A stretch of 64,000 nucleotides of DNA, from positions 72,912,001 to 72,976,000 of the forward strand of contig OY740789.1 of assembly GCA_963514005.1 (NCBI GenBank), written 5' to 3'. Below the pieces are notes generated by a model. The model saw nothing but the letters and a program-made list of their open reading frames with translations, was not told the origin of the DNA and made no database searches. The position numbers were made by a program, and so were the translations under genes. Positions 60,281-64,000 of the stretch are shown piece after piece (the first letter of the stretch is position 1; each line of letters opens with the position of its first letter). This stretch comes from Raja brachyura. Its lineage: Eukaryota.

Positions 60281-63129
60281 ACGGCACGTTCGAGGGACAG
60301 ACCCAACGGGTCTGCACTTGGCCTAGTATACTTTTTAAACTGTGTGTGTGTCGGCGGTGTGTGTTTGTGGGCGTATGTCACATTCCATTTTTTTTCAGAT
60401 AAGATTTTTGCCCTTTGATTCCATGGTCCGCCAAAACCACACGCTCAAGCCCATATTTTTTCCATTTTGCTAGACATTACCCTTTTACATTCACTAATGC
60501 ACTCCTCATTACATTTAGACATTTTTATGTACACATTTTTTAATAAAATCCTTCCCCCCCCTCCAAAATGTCAAAATGTTAGAAAAATCAAACAGCTCTC
60601 ACCCCGTAGAATGTAGGTGAACGTTCCAATGTCCAATCGGAATGGATTCATTTACATCTGCCTTTGCTCCAGCCCCGCCCCGCCCCCCCCCCCGCAGCCT
60701 GTGTCGCAGCATGTTCCATTGTGTGATGTCACAATGCCATCCCTCACAGATGTCCAATCGGAATGGATCTCAATTACATCTGCCTTTGCACCAGCCCCCC
60801 CCCGCAGCCTGTGTCGAAGCGCGTGATCACATGTGTGGGAATAGAGAAAGAGGATTGGAGGTGATAGGGAATACATGGACTGCTCCAACCCCTCCCACTC
60901 TACCTCCCCACTCTTTCCCCTCTCTCCCCCCACCCCTCTCAGCCCCCTCCCTCTCTCTCCCCTCTCTCTCTCCTCTCATCTCTCTCACCCCTCCTCTCCC
61001 ACCTTCCCTCCCCCCCTCACCCATCCTCCACTCCTCACCCACCCTCCCTCTCCTCCTCCCCTCCACTCCCTCTTCTCTTGCCCTTCTGGCTCTGCCCCTT
61101 TCTCTTTGTCTCTCCCCATTCTCTCTCTGCTGTCACTCTCTACCATCCTCTCTCTCTCTCCCCCACTCTATCTCTCCCTCCTCTCTCTCCCCCTCCCTAT
61201 CCCTCCCCCTCTCTCTCTCCCTCCCCCTCACTCTCTCCCCCTCCCTGTCTCTCTCCCTTCCTCTCTGCTGCCCTGCCCTCCCCTAAACTCCCTTCCCCCT
61301 CCCCTCCACACCCTCCCCTCCCCTCCCCCCTTCCCTCCACCCATCCCCCTCCCTTCCCCTCACCTCTCCCCCTTCCTTCCCCCCACCTCTCCCCCTCCCT
61401 TCTCACCCCATCTCCCCCTTCCCTCCCTCTCAGCTCCTCTCTCCCCCCCTCTCTCCTCCCATCTATCTCTCCCCTCCTCCCACACCCCCACCCTCCCTCT
61501 CCTCCTCTCCTCCAACCCCCCTCTCTCCCTGTCTCTTTCCTTTCGGTCTCTGCCTCTCTCATTGTTTCTCCACATTCTCTCTCTGCCCTCACTCTCTTTC
61601 TCTAGACACGCCTGCAAGTTGGGGGCTATGAGTCAGTGGCTAGGGCGGTTATGGGGTAAAAGGATCTAATTAATAATATTAATATAATAACAAGGGGGTA
61701 GTTAGTGTGGGGGTGGTTAGTGTGTGTGACGCCGCATGCCCCCCCCCCCCCCACAAATGCACGTTGGGGGAACAGACACAACGGGTCTGCACTTGGTCTC
61801 GTATATAAGTAAAACTTGTGTTTGTTTGTACATATATTTGTTCCCAAAACTCTGCAAAAACGGTGCACGATAGCTCTACAATTTTAGGCCCACCTTGCTC
61901 ACCATTATCCTGCGATGTGAACTACCAAGTTTCCTTCAGATTGATGCTATATTTTAGAAGTTATTGACATTTAAAACTTAAATTTACTTTATACTAAGCC
62001 CCCACTTGCCAGCCAGGCCTGCACAGTTGGGGAAGGCATGTCAGCTGTGTCACAATTGGCAATGGCGCTGGTGACACGGCAGTGACGCAAATTGACGCTG
62101 CCTCCCCGCATGTGCAGTTGGGGAAGGCATGCCGGGCCAGGATTGCCATTTTAACATCCAGTGTCGTGTATAGGTGAGTGGTACTGGGGGAATATTGTGT
62201 CGGGCGACGGGTACCTAACGGGTCCGCACTTGGTCTAGTATTCAATATCTGGGACAGACAGGCAAACTGAAAAGGAGATGGAGCAATATTACCAGAACGT
62301 AATGAAGTCATTGCAACAGGGAGAAAGGATAATAGTATTAGTGCCTGGGTAGAATTCCTTAAGTGTGGACAAGAAGGCATGTAGGCCAAGTATGTTGATC
62401 AGCCAACTAGGGAACATGCTAACCCAATCAGAGCATTGTACAATATAAAAAGTTCAATTAATAATCTTGCCCTGAGAGGTCCATTAAACAAGAACGACCA
62501 TAAAAGGCAGACAAAAATGCTGGAGAAAGAGGCAAGTTGAATAATAGGGTACTAATGAGTGAGTTTAATAATCCAGACACTAAATTATTAAACAGATGAA
62601 AAATAATTTCTGGATTACTACCCAAGACATATGAAAGGTAGCATCAAAGAATACAGTGGGAGACAGCCATTTCAACTCGTAGACCACTGGATACAGTAAT
62701 AGCTATCGACCAGAGTAGCACTTAGAACAAAGCCGAAACAAGCCTGTATTGAAAAAAAAATCTCTTATGTGGACTTTGTTGGCAAATCATAATACAGTCC
62801 TTAATACATCCAAATGGTAACTTAATGGCATGTACTGCCATTTCAGAGGTCACTTAAAAGTCAACCACATTCCTGTAGTTCTGGAGCAAACAAATAAAAC
62901 AAATGACTGGAGTAAAAATCTACACAGATCAAATAAGGATAGCAAAGTCTTCTCCAAAAGTCATAAGTTTCAAGGTTATTATTACAGATTGTAGTTTTTT
63001 TTAAATTCCTGATTTAATTAATGAAATTAACTCAAGTATCTAAATCTTTGACTTTTAAAGACCCTAATTTCAGTAGTTGTGTGCAACAACTACTATATTA
63101 CATTTCCAATGTGACCAAACAGGGTCAAG

Positions 63130-63465
63130 TCTCAATTTCTTGGTTGCAGGGACAAAAAAACAACAGGGGTGGGGGTGGATTGGGTGAGAAGGGATGAAAT
63201 GACCAGGAAGTTATGGAGGGAACGATCTCTGTGGATAGCAGAAAGGGGAGGAGATGGGACGATGTGGCCAGTGGTGGGATCCCGTTGGAGGTGACGAAAA
63301 TGTTGGAGGATTATATGTTTTATGTGACAGCTGGTGGGGTGGAAGGTGAGGACAAGGGGGACTCTGTCCTTGTTACCAGTGGGGGGGATGGGGAGTGAGA
63401 GCGGAGCTGCGGCATATAGAGGAGACCCTGGTGAGAGCCTCATCTATAGAAGAGGGGAACCCCCG
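63130..63465 (-). mobile_element. Penelope-like element fragment
   Basis: NKDRVPLVLTFHPTSCHIKHIILQHFRHLQRDPTT...PPLSAIHRDRSL, typical of the Penelope RT-to-GIY-YIG linker. Confidence 0.8.
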
Positions 63466-63835
63466 TTATTATGATACTTTCATGCATTTAATCAAAACAT
63501 GACTGTTCTAGAAACCTTCAAGACAAGCCACCTTTCTCAACAAAAAAGAATGATCAAAATTAGCAACATTAATCAGAATATTAAAACAAATATTAATTCG
63601 CTGGAAGTTAAATGCTTAAATCACTTCAAATTCTGACAATTAAGTTCTTCGAAAATTTAGTTTATTCCAAGTACACACTATGTAATATTAAAATAATGAA
63701 AGTTCACATTTTTCTTTTCCCATTACTTCAAGATTGTATTCAGCCAAAAACAGTGCATGAACAATGAGGCATAAGATGAACAAAACTAATAAAATCTTCT
63801 GAAAGTCTGCTCTGAGATTCAAAAGCAGAACTCAC

Positions 63836-64000
63836 CTGGATTCGGTTCAGCAAGAGTGACCATTTGGTGGAGATTTGGTCGACTCACTGGACCAGGATTT
63901 GGTAGAGGCAGAAATTGGATAATCTGGCCATTTGGATGTTGGAAGAGTTTTCCATCTGGAAATCTGAGGGGCTGCAGTATAATCTTCTGTCCAGATGTGT
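63836..64000 (-). CDS. mga: MGA-like exon (5'-partial at window edge)
   Basis: TSGQKIILQPLRFPDGKLFQHPNGQIIQFLPL..NP matches MGA LQPVRSPSGMNLFRHPNGQIVQLLPL..RNPG. GTGAGT donor, phase 1. Confidence 0.88.

Larger units (their letters stand above)
53290..62238 (+). mobile_element. Head-to-tail train of about five non-autonomous Helitron-like units (53290-54626, 54627-~55145, ~55470-60326, 60327-61801, 61802-62238)
   Basis: Hairpin GACC(C/T)AACGGGTC + CTAG/CTCG ends at 54626, 60326, 61801 and 62238. The first three are followed directly by TATA..AAA(A)CT/GT, which starts the next unit. 5' blocks (GCAAAAACGGT.C..GATA.CGCTAC.ATTTT, TTACTCACC.TT) match the element at 33654. Confidence 0.8.

Noticed and set aside
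56483-61669. Long Pro/Ser/Leu-rich ORFs (483, 475, 264 aa) and Gly/Glu/Arg-rich antisense ORFs
   Set aside because: Artefacts of C/T-only low-complexity DNA that lacks stop codons. The same applies to ORFs at 21.2-21.8, 34.7-35.2 and 53.6-54.6 kb.

Overview
Eukaryotic, repeat-rich vertebrate genomic DNA. The SINE/CR1/Rex1/Penelope repertoire suggests a cartilaginous fish (skate/ray-like); this is inference. The only host gene is the 3' half of an MGA-like (MAX gene-associated, bHLH-Zip) gene on the minus strand. It has 10 phase-consistent GT-AG exons from 64000 down to ~23792. Its basic region carries His->Arg, and its ancestral C-terminal ~300 codons survive only as a decayed fossil (premature stop, frameshifts, in-frame stops, Harbinger MITE insertion). 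The rest is mobile DNA: a full-length 6-kb L1 with a 15-bp TSD inside an AT-rich modular satellite; two degenerate DIRS1-type tyrosine-recombinase retrotransposons with intact ITR/ICR architecture; RTE, Rex1, CR1, Penelope and Tc1 fragments; a 1.45-kb hAT element with an internal palindrome; and a four-copy family of internally deleted Rex1-like elements. The most striking system is a set of non-autonomous Helitron-like elements (hairpin + CTRR ends). They include a ~9-kb head-to-tail train in the MGA intron, carry polypurine tracts and an E-box minisatellite, and one appears to have captured the first exon of ALG13.
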